Assembly: GCA_016190935.1 (NCBI GenBank)
Contig: JACPPP010000046.1
Span: forward strand, 20,317 to 84,316
DNA: 64,000 bases
Origin: Armatimonadota bacterium
Lineage (GTDB): Bacteria > Armatimonadota > UBA5829 > DTLH01
Direction of reading: 5' to 3'
The position numbers and the translations under genes were made by a program. The notes under the pieces are model-generated. The model worked only from the letters and a program-made list of their open reading frames with translations. It did no database searches and had not been told where the DNA came from. Shown piece after piece: positions 1-8,970 of the stretch. Every line of letters begins with the position of its first letter. The stretch's first letter is position 1.

Positions 1-469
1 AGATGTCCCCCAACTCCTCCAGACTAGCGATGTCAGGATTGATCACAAGATTGAGGAGCACTTGCACTGTCACCGGGTTCACGCCAAGGCACTCGCCTAT
101 GTCCACGGTGGAGGGTTGTCGTCCCAATGCTACCAACAGGTCCTCCTCAGTATGCTGGATCAACTGGCAGAGTTTGCGGTGACGCTTCGCCCCCCGGAAA
201 TCAAGATGGGCCGCGATCATATGCCACCGGATCTGCCGTATCGCAAAGGCGCGGAAGGGGATGCCTCTTTGGGGATTGAACAGGCGAATCGCTTCGCGAA
301 CGCCGAAGTGTCCGTCAGCGTAGAATTCCTCCGCCGGGTGCTGCGCAGAGCGAAACCGCCGGGATACTGACTCCACGTCTGCTTTGCACTTGGCCAGGAT
401 GATGTCCCTCGCCTGTTCATCGCCTGCCTTGGCCAGCTCGACCAACTCAGGCGCTATGTCTTGATCCAT
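1..469 (-). CDS. Sigma-70 family RNA polymerase sigma factor; start codon at 469, C-terminus runs off the window edge (partial)
   Basis: Reverse-strand translation from ATG at 467-469 reads MDQDIAPELVELAKAGDEQARDIIL...REAIRLFNPQRGIPFRAFAIRQIRWHMIAAH...LGRQPSTVDIGECLGVNPVTVQ. This has a region 2-like segment and an HTH-like segment typical of sigma-70 factors. It is absent from the ORF track because no stop lies inside the window. Confidence 0.5.
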   Translation of the reverse strand, partial: MDQDIAPELVELAKAGDEQARDIILAKCKADVESVSRRFRSAQHPAEEFYADGHFGVREAIRLFNPQRGIPFRAFAIRQIRWHMIAAHLDFRGAKRHRKLCQLIQHTEEDLLVALGRQPSTVDIGECLGVNPVTVQVLLNLVINPDIASLEELGDI

Positions 470-506
470 CTACCTTTCCGCCTTAGCCATATCAAGGACG
501 CACAAT

Positions 507-529
507 AGCCCTATTATGATAATAGGGCT
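507..529. promoter_or_regulatory. Perfect 11-bp inverted repeat (agccctattat g ataatagggct), putative operator about 40 nt upstream of the sigma gene start
   Basis: Read directly from sequence: agccctattat-g-ataatagggct is a perfect palindrome. It sits between the RuvC-like gene end (740) and the sigma start (469). Confidence 0.3.
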
Positions 530-739
530 GCCGAGGACCTGTTGTCACGACTTTTTTTGCGGCCTCTGCCAAATTCTTGCGAATACATGCGGCGCGCAGC
601 TCCAAGTTTGGGACGGAGTGCCAGACGTCCCTAACGTGCCTACTGTGCATCCTTCGAGCAACCGGTATTTGCGCTACGTCCAGGGATCTTGGAATGTGCC
701 GAATCGTGTGCGCCGTGGCCAGCAAGGTGCTGCACACAA

Positions 740-1300
740 TCAGCCCCGCCCGATCTCTCGTCTCGATGTAACGAGCATTCCAAGAGCCACGGCGTCGAAC
801 ATGTGTCCGTGAAGCCTTTGTCGCCACTTGCGATCCTGCGCGGAGTAGGCTCTGAGCTCGGGGTATCGCCTGACCACGGCTGCGGCAACGGCCCCTTTAT
901 CCGACCATCCATTGCCCGTCACGGCCTTCCGGATCGTGCTGGGGGCATAGCTCACGAACTCCGCCCTCTCCTCCCTCGCCACAGCCCGGATCTCATCCCC
1001 CAGCACGTTGAGCAGACAGACACTGCGATTGTTGCCCACGAACGTCTTCTCAAGGGCAAGAACATCAGGCCTGAAATCCCGCACCAGCCCGACGACGGCC
1101 TGTCGCGCTTGCCTCAGTCTCTCGAAGGGCGACTTTCCTTTTTTGAACACCTTCACTCCGTGGTAGGCGAGGGCGGCACCGTCCAGGACGGCGATGCCCA
1201 TCTCCTTCGTGCCAGGGTCGATGGCCAAGACTCTGGGCTTAGACCTGCGCCACCAGCCGGTATCGGGGTTTCTGACTTCGCTTCCCGTTGCTGAAATCAT
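740..1300 (-). CDS. RuvC-like Holliday junction resolvase (RNase H fold), copy 1
   Basis: N-terminal LAIDPGTKEMGIAVLDG plus downstream acidic residues (LALEKT, RKAVTGNGWSDKGAV) resemble RuvC family. 4-nt ATGA-type overlap with the upstream paralog. Confidence 0.55.
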   Translation of the reverse strand: MISATGSEVRNPDTGWWRRSKPRVLAIDPGTKEMGIAVLDGAALAYHGVKVFKKGKSPFERLRQARQAVVGLVRDFRPDVLALEKTFVGNNRSVCLLNVLGDEIRAVAREERAEFVSYAPSTIRKAVTGNGWSDKGAVAAAVVRRYPELRAYSAQDRKWRQRLHGHMFDAVALGMLVTSRREIGRG

Positions 1301-1797
1301 CTTCTCCTCTCGATCTCATCGCGGCAGACTGTGGCAAGCGCAATAGCATCGAACATTCTGATGTAGTATGGCTTGCCTGTCGCCCTGTCTCTCTGGAGCT
1401 CCTGGGATAGAAATGGATATCTCGTGCATAGTATGTCGGCCATCTCATATCGGCCGATCCGCTGGCCCTGGCCGTAGGAGGCTTCAAGCTGCTCAAGGCG
1501 ATACTCCCGAAGCTTCATCTGGCTTCGCCTAGCCAGATCCTCTACATCCAGACGGAGCCGGTCAAGGCACGGAGACGTACGGGAGGGATGAGGCTTCTTT
1601 ACCGCCAGAACATCGGGCCGGTATCTCTCGATAAGATGAGACACGGCGGCCCTGATTCTCTCCTGCTTCGTATCCGACCATCTGCCTTTGACGGTCTTCA
1701 CTCCCCAATCTACAAGCTCAGGTCCCGCGAGGACCGCCATGCCGAAGTACCTCGTTCCTGGGCTAATTGCCATTATTATCGTTCGATTCTCTCGCAT
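1297..1797 (-). CDS. RuvC-like Holliday junction resolvase, copy 2 (tandem paralog)
   Basis: MAISPGTRYFGMAVLAG...DVLAVKKP motif pattern parallels copy 1. True start may be the internal Met (about 1773). Confidence 0.5.
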   Translation of the reverse strand: MRENRTIIMAISPGTRYFGMAVLAGPELVDWGVKTVKGRWSDTKQERIRAAVSHLIERYRPDVLAVKKPHPSRTSPCLDRLRLDVEDLARRSQMKLREYRLEQLEASYGQGQRIGRYEMADILCTRYPFLSQELQRDRATGKPYYIRMFDAIALATVCRDEIERRR

Positions 1798-2530
1798 ATA
1801 CTTTCACCAGATGCTTGAACAGAGCCGCCCGGCTCGTTCTGATCCTGCTCCTGGGTAACTCCTTGGCCTCACCCACGGCTCTTCTCAGCAACCGCTCCGG
1901 GTATGCGTTGGCGTAGAGGCGGTAGATTGACAGGTTGCCTTTGTCATTCAGAGCTTCTGACAGGTCTACTGCAAGAAGATCCTCCCTCGTCCGGGGTCTG
2001 AAGACAGGTTGTGCTACGGCATTCCCAGTCATATGCATCTCGGCCTCCTCGGTGCTCTTGGTAGTAACTATTGATCTATGGTTATTGTTTGTGTCCGCTG
2101 GTGTTACAGATGGATCCCGCTGATGCGACAGTGAGGTTCCTCCACTGATGCAGCGCAGACGAAGGAGTCGATAGACGTGTGGATGACCGGCACCACGCCT
2201 GTCCACACTTATCAGCTTATGGTCTTTCAGCGCCTTGATCGCCCGGTTGACTGTTGCCCTGGAGCATCCGAACACCGTGGCTATGCGCTTCTGCGAGGGG
2301 AAACACGACTGAGCAGGACCTGTGAGCGATGCCAGGTAGTTGTAGACCGCCACCCCGATGGCCCCTATCTTCGGAACGTAGTGCTGGATGAGGGCCCGGT
2401 CTATCCAGTACCAGTTGCCGTCCCTCAAGTTCCTGACTGCGTGCTCGTCTGATTGTGTTTGACTCCCGCAAACAGTTCGCCACTCGGTGTCACCCTTGGC
2501 TTCGCCGTTGTTTGGTCGACCAATGATCAT
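1763..2530 (-). CDS. Winged-helix DNA-binding protein, replication-initiator/DnaD-N-terminal-like (phage/plasmid replication organiser-like)
   Basis: Segment GVAVYNYLASLTGPAQSCFPSQKRIATVFGCSRATVNRAIKALKDHKLISV is a typical wHTH of replication initiator/replisome organiser proteins. The ORF-track start at 2761 gives an Arg-rich N-terminal extension that looks non-coding; internal Met at 2530 preferred. Confidence 0.4.
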   Translation of the reverse strand: MIIGRPNNGEAKGDTEWRTVCGSQTQSDEHAVRNLRDGNWYWIDRALIQHYVPKIGAIGVAVYNYLASLTGPAQSCFPSQKRIATVFGCSRATVNRAIKALKDHKLISVDRRGAGHPHVYRLLRLRCISGGTSLSHQRDPSVTPADTNNNHRSIVTTKSTEEAEMHMTGNAVAQPVFRPRTREDLLAVDLSEALNDKGNLSIYRLYANAYPERLLRRAVGEAKELPRSRIRTSRAALFKHLVKVYARESNDNNGN

Positions 2531-2627
2531 CCCTTTACTCCTAACCGCCTTAACGCCCCGGTCGAAACGCGAAAGGCACCTCGGTTTGCTCGTGGATAAG
2601 GCCCTCCCTCGGACTTGCGGCGCGCAT

Positions 2628-2915
2628 CTATGCGTCTCGCGCCGTATCGGTTCCGCAGATCGCCGTCTCGCAGCCAACGATCTCATCCGCCAGGTCGGAC
2701 CGCAGCTCGTCGTAGATGACATCGACACAACTGCGGTACAGCGCGGCCAGTCTGAGCGCATTGGTGGTGTCCGGCAGACAGGTTCCGTTCTCCCATCGGG
2801 AGACTATGCTGCTGCTGCTCAACCCCAGGGCTCGGGCCACATCCTTCTGGCTGAGACCCCTCTCCCTCCTATACCGCTTGAGGCGATTGCACACAAGTGG
2901 TGGTTTCATCGGCAT
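2628..2915 (-). CDS. XRE-family (Cro/CI-type) HTH transcriptional regulator
   Basis: MPMKPPLVCNRLKRYRRERGLSQKDVARALGLSSSSIVSRWENG is a classic HTH_3 motif. The upstream part of the track ORF (to 3377) is judged non-coding. Confidence 0.6.
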   Translation of the reverse strand: MPMKPPLVCNRLKRYRRERGLSQKDVARALGLSSSSIVSRWENGTCLPDTTNALRLAALYRSCVDVIYDELRSDLADEIVGCETAICGTDTARDA

Positions 2916-3576
2916 TCCTCGGTGCGGTTCACAAGGAACCAGCTTTGGCCATAAGCTACCAGAGAACCCGAGCCTGTACAAGGGGGTAAGAATTGCGCTA
3001 GACGGCAAGACGCTCTTGCCGTCTAGCACCGCTTTCCCTGCAAGTCGCCTGGGGCAGCTTCTCGTGTAGCCCGGCCCCCGCGAACTCTGGACGTCGGGCA
3101 GATAAGGAAGAAGCCAAGATCGGGCAATCGTCGGACTTAGGGACTCAGATCTAGCGACCACCCGCTCGCCGCAGTGAGACATATACGTAGAACACGTCGT
3201 CGAGGTCCGCGTTGCGCCGGACTGCACGGCCTTCTGCGTTTCGCTGACGGCCTGCTCAGGGCCATCGGAGAGCACTGCGGGATCTGGGACATAAGGCGAT
3301 TTCCATCCGGACCAATGGTGCACGCGGAAGCCCGTTTTCGCGACAGGGGATACCGCCAGAATGAGTCTCATTGGCATCAGTGCCCGGCTTGCGGGGCAGA
3401 AGGCAGCACGGACGTGTCGTTAGCGGCGAAGCAGCGTTCTGCCGTTCTGCCAGGCCGAATTCCGGCCGCCGGGAACAAGCCCAAGGGTTTGTCGCGATGC
3501 TTCCGCTCTGATGCGCCAGCTCGGACTCATCGCACTAACCAGTCTAGCACCCACATCCGCGTAACCAAACACATTT

Positions 3577-4362
3577 TCACGTGCATTCCTCAAAGCTGAT
3601 TCCCGCGAACCTGAATACGCGCAGTGAGTTTGACCGGACAATCTCCCACATCGAAGTTGGCTTTTCGGATAGCAGAACCGCCAACTCCGCCACCATGCGA
3701 GCTGTCTCTAGTGGAATCGAGCAGTTGTGGCCTGCCTTCATTAACGGGGAATCGGTTTCTGTTAGTATTCGATCTCTCGGTAGACTTTCTATCAGTGTTC
3801 GCCCGCGATCGGCAGTCAGCATTGCTGGATTGATTGAGAAGTAACAGCCAGTATCCCCTGCTCGTACAGCTTCCGCGACCGAGCCTGAAAACCAGTGCAA
3901 AATGCAGATCACATCTTCAGGAGCGGTATGTCCCTTTATCAATGATACAGTATCACGCGCCGCGCGCCGGCTGTGGACACTGACGACGCGACCGCCATAC
4001 CGTTGGGAGGCCGCGAGTGCACGCGCGAAGACGTCTTTCTGCCGCTCGTAGCTGCTGCGGTGTTGCGGGCTCCCGTCCAGTCCAACTTCGCCGACCAGAC
4101 GAGATTCGCCAATGTATTTCTCGAGCATGTCAATCTCTGCATAGCCCTCCGCGACGAGCTCTGGATGCAATCCAACTGCCGCATGCACATAGCGGCTGTC
4201 TTGCATCCAGAGTCTGTTCTGAGGCCAAGCGCGCGCCGTCGTCGTCACGGCAAGCACGGCGATCCGTTCCTGATCACAGCGCGCTATAAGTGCGGCCGGG
4301 TCGGGATGCAGATCGATGTGGCAGTGGAAATCAAAGCCCTTGACGGTCTCATCTCTGGTCAC
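3577..4362 (-). CDS. qatD: QatD, TatD-family metal-dependent hydrolase/DNase of a Qat anti-phage system
   Basis: N-terminal FDFHCHIDLH TatD motif and downstream conserved His/Asp/Glu pattern. ATGA overlap with the upstream QueC-like gene. Confidence 0.8.
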   Translation of the reverse strand: MTRDETVKGFDFHCHIDLHPDPAALIARCDQERIAVLAVTTTARAWPQNRLWMQDSRYVHAAVGLHPELVAEGYAEIDMLEKYIGESRLVGEVGLDGSPQHRSSYERQKDVFARALAASQRYGGRVVSVHSRRAARDTVSLIKGHTAPEDVICILHWFSGSVAEAVRAGDTGCYFSINPAMLTADRGRTLIESLPRDRILTETDSPLMKAGHNCSIPLETARMVAELAVLLSEKPTSMWEIVRSNSLRVFRFAGISFEECT

Positions 4363-5720
4363 GCTGTCTCTATCACCACATGCTCAACTATTGCGCCCAC
4401 TTCGGCGATGCCCCTGCGAAAGACTGCCGCGTACTCCGCGATTTCCGTCGCTGAATAGTCGGAGAGCGGCCCTGTCTTGTGCACCAGGATTTCTGCGAGA
4501 GCAGGAGCCTGTGCAAGGCGACGGCTCATCATCTGTAACGACCTCACGTCGGCTGATTCAGCCTGCCTGGCATCAAGGGCACGCTCCTTCAGGTCAGGGA
4601 TGAGGTATCTGGTCGGGTCATTGCCAAACGCCGCATGGATCGAAGCGCGGCGGATGAGGCACGGCACACAGTATCCGCAGTGACGTGGGGAAAGTCCCTT
4701 CCACCGCCCCTTCACGATGGACGAGCATGAGACCGTGATATCCATCGCTTCCCGCAGAAGAGCCTCATTGCGGCACTCGGCAAGCATTTCCCCCTTTGTT
4801 CTGAACCGATAGGGGTTCAGTAGCCGCGCGCCCAACCCAAGGTTATTGATAAGCTCCTGCCAGCGCGTCATGTAGAACGGGTGTGTAGTCCGCGTGCTCC
4901 ACGCTCCTAGCCGCAACGGATCGAGCGGAACATTCAGCGAGATGAGTCCGTTCTCCGGGACAAAGATCGGTGTCACGCCTTCCAGTGCACTTGCGGCCAG
5001 GCTAGCGAGTGCAAAGAAGATAAATGAGCGTCCCCGTGTAGTCGTCTCGGTCCCCATGTCCGCCATGTCATTCCTGTCAAAGCTCACATTCGCACGGACA
5101 CGCCGCGGACCCATATCCCCATAAACTTTGCCGAGCCTTGCCGCACAAGTCTCTTGGCTCTTGGTGCTCGCATCTCGGTAGTGACTGACGAACAGGGGAT
5201 TCCTTCCGGCTTCGAGAAGATCGATCGCGCCAACAAAGCTATCGAGCCCTCCCGAGAACAAGGAGACGCTATCAAATGTTGGACTTACCGGCTCAGACGG
5301 CCTGTCGATTAGCGTATCTATTTCCTTCTGTCTTGCGCGAAAAGAGACCCGCCAGATATCACCCGTGAGGAATTGCAGAATCCGCTCAATGAGATCGTCG
5401 TCCGCAGACCATCTTTCCGGTTCGGTCACGGGAACATAGAGATCGATCTCTCGCGTCCAACTGTCCTGCGCATCATCTGCCCGCGAAATCCGCGTGTCCG
5501 CTGCCGTGACAGTCGCGGCCAGGATTGCAAGATCGATAGCAGCCTCGGGCGGATACATACCGCGGTGGGCGAGCTGACCAAGCATCTGGCCGATCCCGTG
5601 ACCCACGCGGCGTTGTCCGTCGACGAAACGCAGCTCTGTGATCTGCGAGGATCTATCGCTGACGCGAACATTGTTCGTGTCGGCTGGGTTCAGCCGGACG
5701 ACTATGCTGTGACGTTTCAT
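4359..5720 (-). CDS. qatC: QatC, QueC-like PP-loop ATPase (7-cyano-7-deazaguanine synthase-like) of the Qat system
   Basis: SLFSGGLDSFVGAIDLLEAG PP-loop (SGGxDS) and C-terminal Cys cluster CGYCVPC typical of QueC. Start taken at internal Met 5720, which forms an ATGA overlap with the upstream gene stop. Confidence 0.8.
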   Translation of the reverse strand: MKRHSIVVRLNPADTNNVRVSDRSSQITELRFVDGQRRVGHGIGQMLGQLAHRGMYPPEAAIDLAILAATVTAADTRISRADDAQDSWTREIDLYVPVTEPERWSADDDLIERILQFLTGDIWRVSFRARQKEIDTLIDRPSEPVSPTFDSVSLFSGGLDSFVGAIDLLEAGRNPLFVSHYRDASTKSQETCAARLGKVYGDMGPRRVRANVSFDRNDMADMGTETTTRGRSFIFFALASLAASALEGVTPIFVPENGLISLNVPLDPLRLGAWSTRTTHPFYMTRWQELINNLGLGARLLNPYRFRTKGEMLAECRNEALLREAMDITVSCSSIVKGRWKGLSPRHCGYCVPCLIRRASIHAAFGNDPTRYLIPDLKERALDARQAESADVRSLQMMSRRLAQAPALAEILVHKTGPLSDYSATEIAEYAAVFRRGIAEVGAIVEHVVIETA

Positions 5721-6594
5721 GTTTCCCGGTCTCCCAGCACTTGCAGAAGGTTCCATGCGTCCAGATAGGTTCTGTCTACGACCTCACGGACTCCTTGATC
5801 CGACATGTTCGATAGCTGCGTCAGGTCTCCCCCAAAGGAGTCCCGCACGCTCCTCTCAATGTAACCCCTGAACTGCTCATCGAACCCTTGGATATCACCG
5901 AGGTCTTCGGCCAGGCTGAATCCGTTCACGCCAATCTCCTGATAGAGCCGCGCCTCGACGGTGTGTGCGACAAAGCTCAGGAAGATTTCCTGTACCTGTT
6001 CCGTTGACAGCGTCCCGAGATTGTCAATCCCAAACTGGTCCAATGCTGCAATCGTCTCCAGCCACGCATCCCGCGCGATTGCCTCATCGACGAGGCCACC
6101 GTCACGGCAGACGACCTCCGTCAAGCCGATGAATACGTCCTGCACACCTTGGCCCGACAGGCTTTCGAGGTTGAGTTGGCGCAGAGTCTCCTGCACTCCA
6201 TCGCGCTGAAAGCCCCGGAAAACGCCCAGTACATTGCTTGCCGCCGCACGCGATGGTCCCATGCGTCGAACCGCATTTCCGCTTCCGCCCGTGCCGCTGC
6301 GGACGTAGTCACGTACTGCTCTTCGAAGGCCCCTCCGTCGCTGCCGCCGGAGCCAGCGAACCGCGAGAAGTTCGACCGTGCGCTCCTGAAGCGCTCCGGC
6401 TCGGCAGGCGGCGGTAACAGCGGCCGCTTGTCGCTATCCCGGTCGCCGGGCGGGGGGACTTGACCGTCTGAACCGTCATCCGGTGTTTGCGAGTCATCAC
6501 CGCCGGGCAGCGGATCCGTGTCCATCCCGTCGAGCCAACTCGGCACGAGCGGTGTGTTTGATCCGGAGCCGGACGAAGAACCAGACGTCCCCAT
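5717..6594 (-). CDS. qatB: QatB-like protein, apparently split by a frameshift (track ORFs 6121-6594 and 5717-6262 in different frames)
   Basis: Start ATG at 6594 overlaps the QatA stop (ATGA). The N-terminal part is a Gly/Ser/Pro/Asp-rich low-complexity region; the C-terminal part (MGPSRAAASNVLGVF...helical) continues in another frame. The canonical Qat system has four genes, so two ORFs here suggest a frameshift (real or sequencing error). Confidence 0.45.
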
Positions 6595-8528
6595 CAGCCT
6601 GTCCCCTTCCCAAGTGCGGGCAATGCTGCGGATGCCGCTTGCTTAAGGAGCTTGTTGTCCTCCTGGTTTGCCCATCCCTGCACCACGTCCTGGAGTTCAC
6701 GCTTCGCCTTCTCTTCCGTGACAGATCCGCTCCAGCCCTTCACAACCCAAAGTCCCAGCCCCCTGGGATCAAGGCTGCCCAGCAGTTTCACGACTTCGCC
6801 CTGAAGCCTTGGATGATGTTTCGCGACGATCGACAGACCACCGATCCCCTGCGGTTCCTGCGTAAAGCTGCCGGCACCGAGAACCCGCTCACGAAGCGCC
6901 GCAAAGACGTTTTCAGCATCTCCCGGTGTGAGCGCTTTGACCTCAGCTTCGGCGGTTCGGACTTCCAACTGTGAGCCGCAGAGCTTTGCAATCAAGGCAT
7001 CCAGTCCGCTCGGTCCGCCAGCACTGGTCAGCAAGCGCTTGTCGCGCGCGACGAAAATGTAAGGACGCAAATCAGTGTCGCCGACCTGAGGCTGAATCGT
7101 GAGCCAGCGTTTGAGCCAATCACGCTCAAGCCATTTCTCTATCCCCGGTTCCACGGAGACCTTGTCAGTGGCAGTGTCTTTACCAGGCATCTCGTGCTCC
7201 GTGCCGTCGCGAGGCTCTTCTGCGAACCTTTCGAGGGCAACGATATCCCCCGCTTTGCCGTCGCCAGACGACATCGCCTGTGCCGCGACATGTTCGTAGA
7301 AATCGGGTTGGAAGCGTTCCGCCAGCATCAGCTTGGCCAGCACGGGCCGGCTCACCAGTTCATCGAATCCCCGGGCGCGCGCAATCAACTGCCGGAGCAA
7401 CAGCGCATTCAGGAATCGTTTGACCTGCCGCGGATTCCCCTTGGTCCCTTCCGCCAGGATGGGTGCTATCTGGTGCGCTAGGACGAACGCCGCGTTCAGC
7501 TCTTCGACTCTGGCGGGGTCCGTGGCCTGGACATCGCTTTGCGGAAGGTCCGTCCCGAGCCAAGGCTTTCTTAGACCCTCCTTCGCCTTTTCGAGCAAAA
7601 TGCCGAAGCCAGGATGATCTTCGCCGACAAGACTCTGCAGGAGCAGCAGCAGCACGTAGACACGTGTTTCCTGCGCGCCCAATGACGGGATTCGAAACGG
7701 TACTTGGATCAGCTTCTCAAGGTAGTTTCGTGCATACGGTAGTGGTCCGGACGCTGCGGGCAGATCAGGAAAGTGCTGCCGCACGGCGTATTCGATCATC
7801 GCCTCATCGGCGCCGATAACGAATGCGGTCTTTGGAACGAACAGAAACAGCCGAATGGCCTCCAGCGTTTGGATAGCAGTTGCCGGAAGACAGCGGTCGA
7901 GATCGTCGATCAAAACCACGAGCTGACCGATCTTTGCTTGGTCGAGCAGTTCCTGAAACTCCTGACGGAACGCGTGGATCGTTTCCGGCAGGTTGTCACC
8001 GTCCTCCGCTGGTTTCAGGAAGCCACCAATCGCCTCTAGCTGCGTCCGCACATCGGCAGGGTCGATATCCGCGACATTCTGAACCACGTTCTGTAGAGCA
8101 GCGACTGCACTGCCGATCTGATCCGGGGAAGGTAGACCCGTGAGGACATTGAACGCGCCGCCGCCGCATCGTTTCGCAACTTTCAGCCAGTCGACCCGCC
8201 TCAGCAGTCGGCCCGCCACCTCCCTAACCTTCCCTATGGTTGAGCGCTGTCGACACAGCTCCGTGATTGTGGACTCAATGAGAATGGTCTTCGCATCATC
8301 GAATCCTTCGAACGTCCAACCATTGAACCAGAGGACCGCAACATCCCCATCTTCCGCCAGCTCGCTTTCAATCATTTTGAGGACGCTTGATTTGCCTGCT
8401 CCCCAGTCGCCATGGATTCCGATAGTCACCGGACCGCTGCGGTTGACCTTTAGAATCTCGACAACAGTCTGCGAGATTGCCTCACAATTCAGGTAATCAA
8501 CTTCCGTCTCGTAATCTGGAATCAACAT
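6594..8528 (-). CDS. qatA: QatA, KAP-family P-loop NTPase of the Qat system
   Basis: Walker A in VTIGIHGDWGAGKSSVLKMIE and Walker B VVLIDDLDRC. The long helical C-terminal region is typical of KAP NTPases. Start chosen at Met 8528 (MLIPDYETE). Confidence 0.8.
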   Translation of the reverse strand: MLIPDYETEVDYLNCEAISQTVVEILKVNRSGPVTIGIHGDWGAGKSSVLKMIESELAEDGDVAVLWFNGWTFEGFDDAKTILIESTITELCRQRSTIGKVREVAGRLLRRVDWLKVAKRCGGGAFNVLTGLPSPDQIGSAVAALQNVVQNVADIDPADVRTQLEAIGGFLKPAEDGDNLPETIHAFRQEFQELLDQAKIGQLVVLIDDLDRCLPATAIQTLEAIRLFLFVPKTAFVIGADEAMIEYAVRQHFPDLPAASGPLPYARNYLEKLIQVPFRIPSLGAQETRVYVLLLLLQSLVGEDHPGFGILLEKAKEGLRKPWLGTDLPQSDVQATDPARVEELNAAFVLAHQIAPILAEGTKGNPRQVKRFLNALLLRQLIARARGFDELVSRPVLAKLMLAERFQPDFYEHVAAQAMSSGDGKAGDIVALERFAEEPRDGTEHEMPGKDTATDKVSVEPGIEKWLERDWLKRWLTIQPQVGDTDLRPYIFVARDKRLLTSAGGPSGLDALIAKLCGSQLEVRTAEAEVKALTPGDAENVFAALRERVLGAGSFTQEPQGIGGLSIVAKHHPRLQGEVVKLLGSLDPRGLGLWVVKGWSGSVTEEKAKRELQDVVQGWANQEDNKLLKQAASAALPALGKGTG

Positions 8529-8970
8529 GGAGACCTCACCGCCAACACGTACCTCGTGCTCACTGCCCTCTGCATCCAAACTAGGCCTGTCATCAAGTCT
8601 TCTCAAGCGACGGTTCGCTCTACACCCATTGTAGGATAAGCGGTGAAGCTGCTCGCCATCAACGCCAGCGCGACACTCCATCCGCTCTGAGCCGTACTCT
8701 AGAGCCTATGCATACGAGCGCTACTATCAGACCACCAATTGTATCATTCGCAGTCACATTCTTCCAATCCGAGCGAACCCAAGGATGTGTCAGCCGGGTA
8801 ACGGGCTCGATCGTTGCTGATTCGTCGTCGCTGGAGCTACATCGAGCCTGGGGAGAGGAGCAACCTCGGTCCACGCCCCGCTTGCACGCCAGCCTGCGTT
8901 TCTGCTATACTTTACCGACCCACAAAGGACGTTATGATGCACTATCCGATACAGCAGGAGGCCAGCAGTC

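Noticed and set aside
2531-2761. Arg-rich N-terminal extension of the replication-initiator-like ORF (track start 2761)
   Set aside because: Composition looks like out-of-frame GC-rich DNA and it overlaps the neighbouring HTH gene. Internal Met at 2530 gives a sensible wHTH protein.
3174-3599. 141-aa plus-strand ORF in the 660-bp gap between the XRE gene and qatD
   Set aside because: No RBS or motif and Arg-rich. Overlaps the qatD 3' end. More likely a non-coding/regulatory spacer.
6121-6262. Treating 6121-6594 and 5717-6262 as two independent genes (a five-gene Qat)
   Set aside because: The 142-nt out-of-frame overlap, the Cys-rich nonsense-like tail of the first ORF and the four-gene canonical Qat layout favour a single frameshifted qatB. 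Kept as an open question.
8708-8970. ORF-track 415-aa version of the integrase starting at 8708
   Set aside because: The N-terminal 130 aa are in the wrong frame relative to the true integrase N-terminal domain, which is encoded from the TTG at 8971 in another frame. The extension is low-complexity and has no RBS.
8682-8970. Looked for a tRNA or tmRNA integration target next to the tyrosine integrase and near both serine recombinases
   Set aside because: No cloverleaf-compatible segment or GTTCGAATC-like T-arm found by eye. A tRNAscan run would be needed to be certain.
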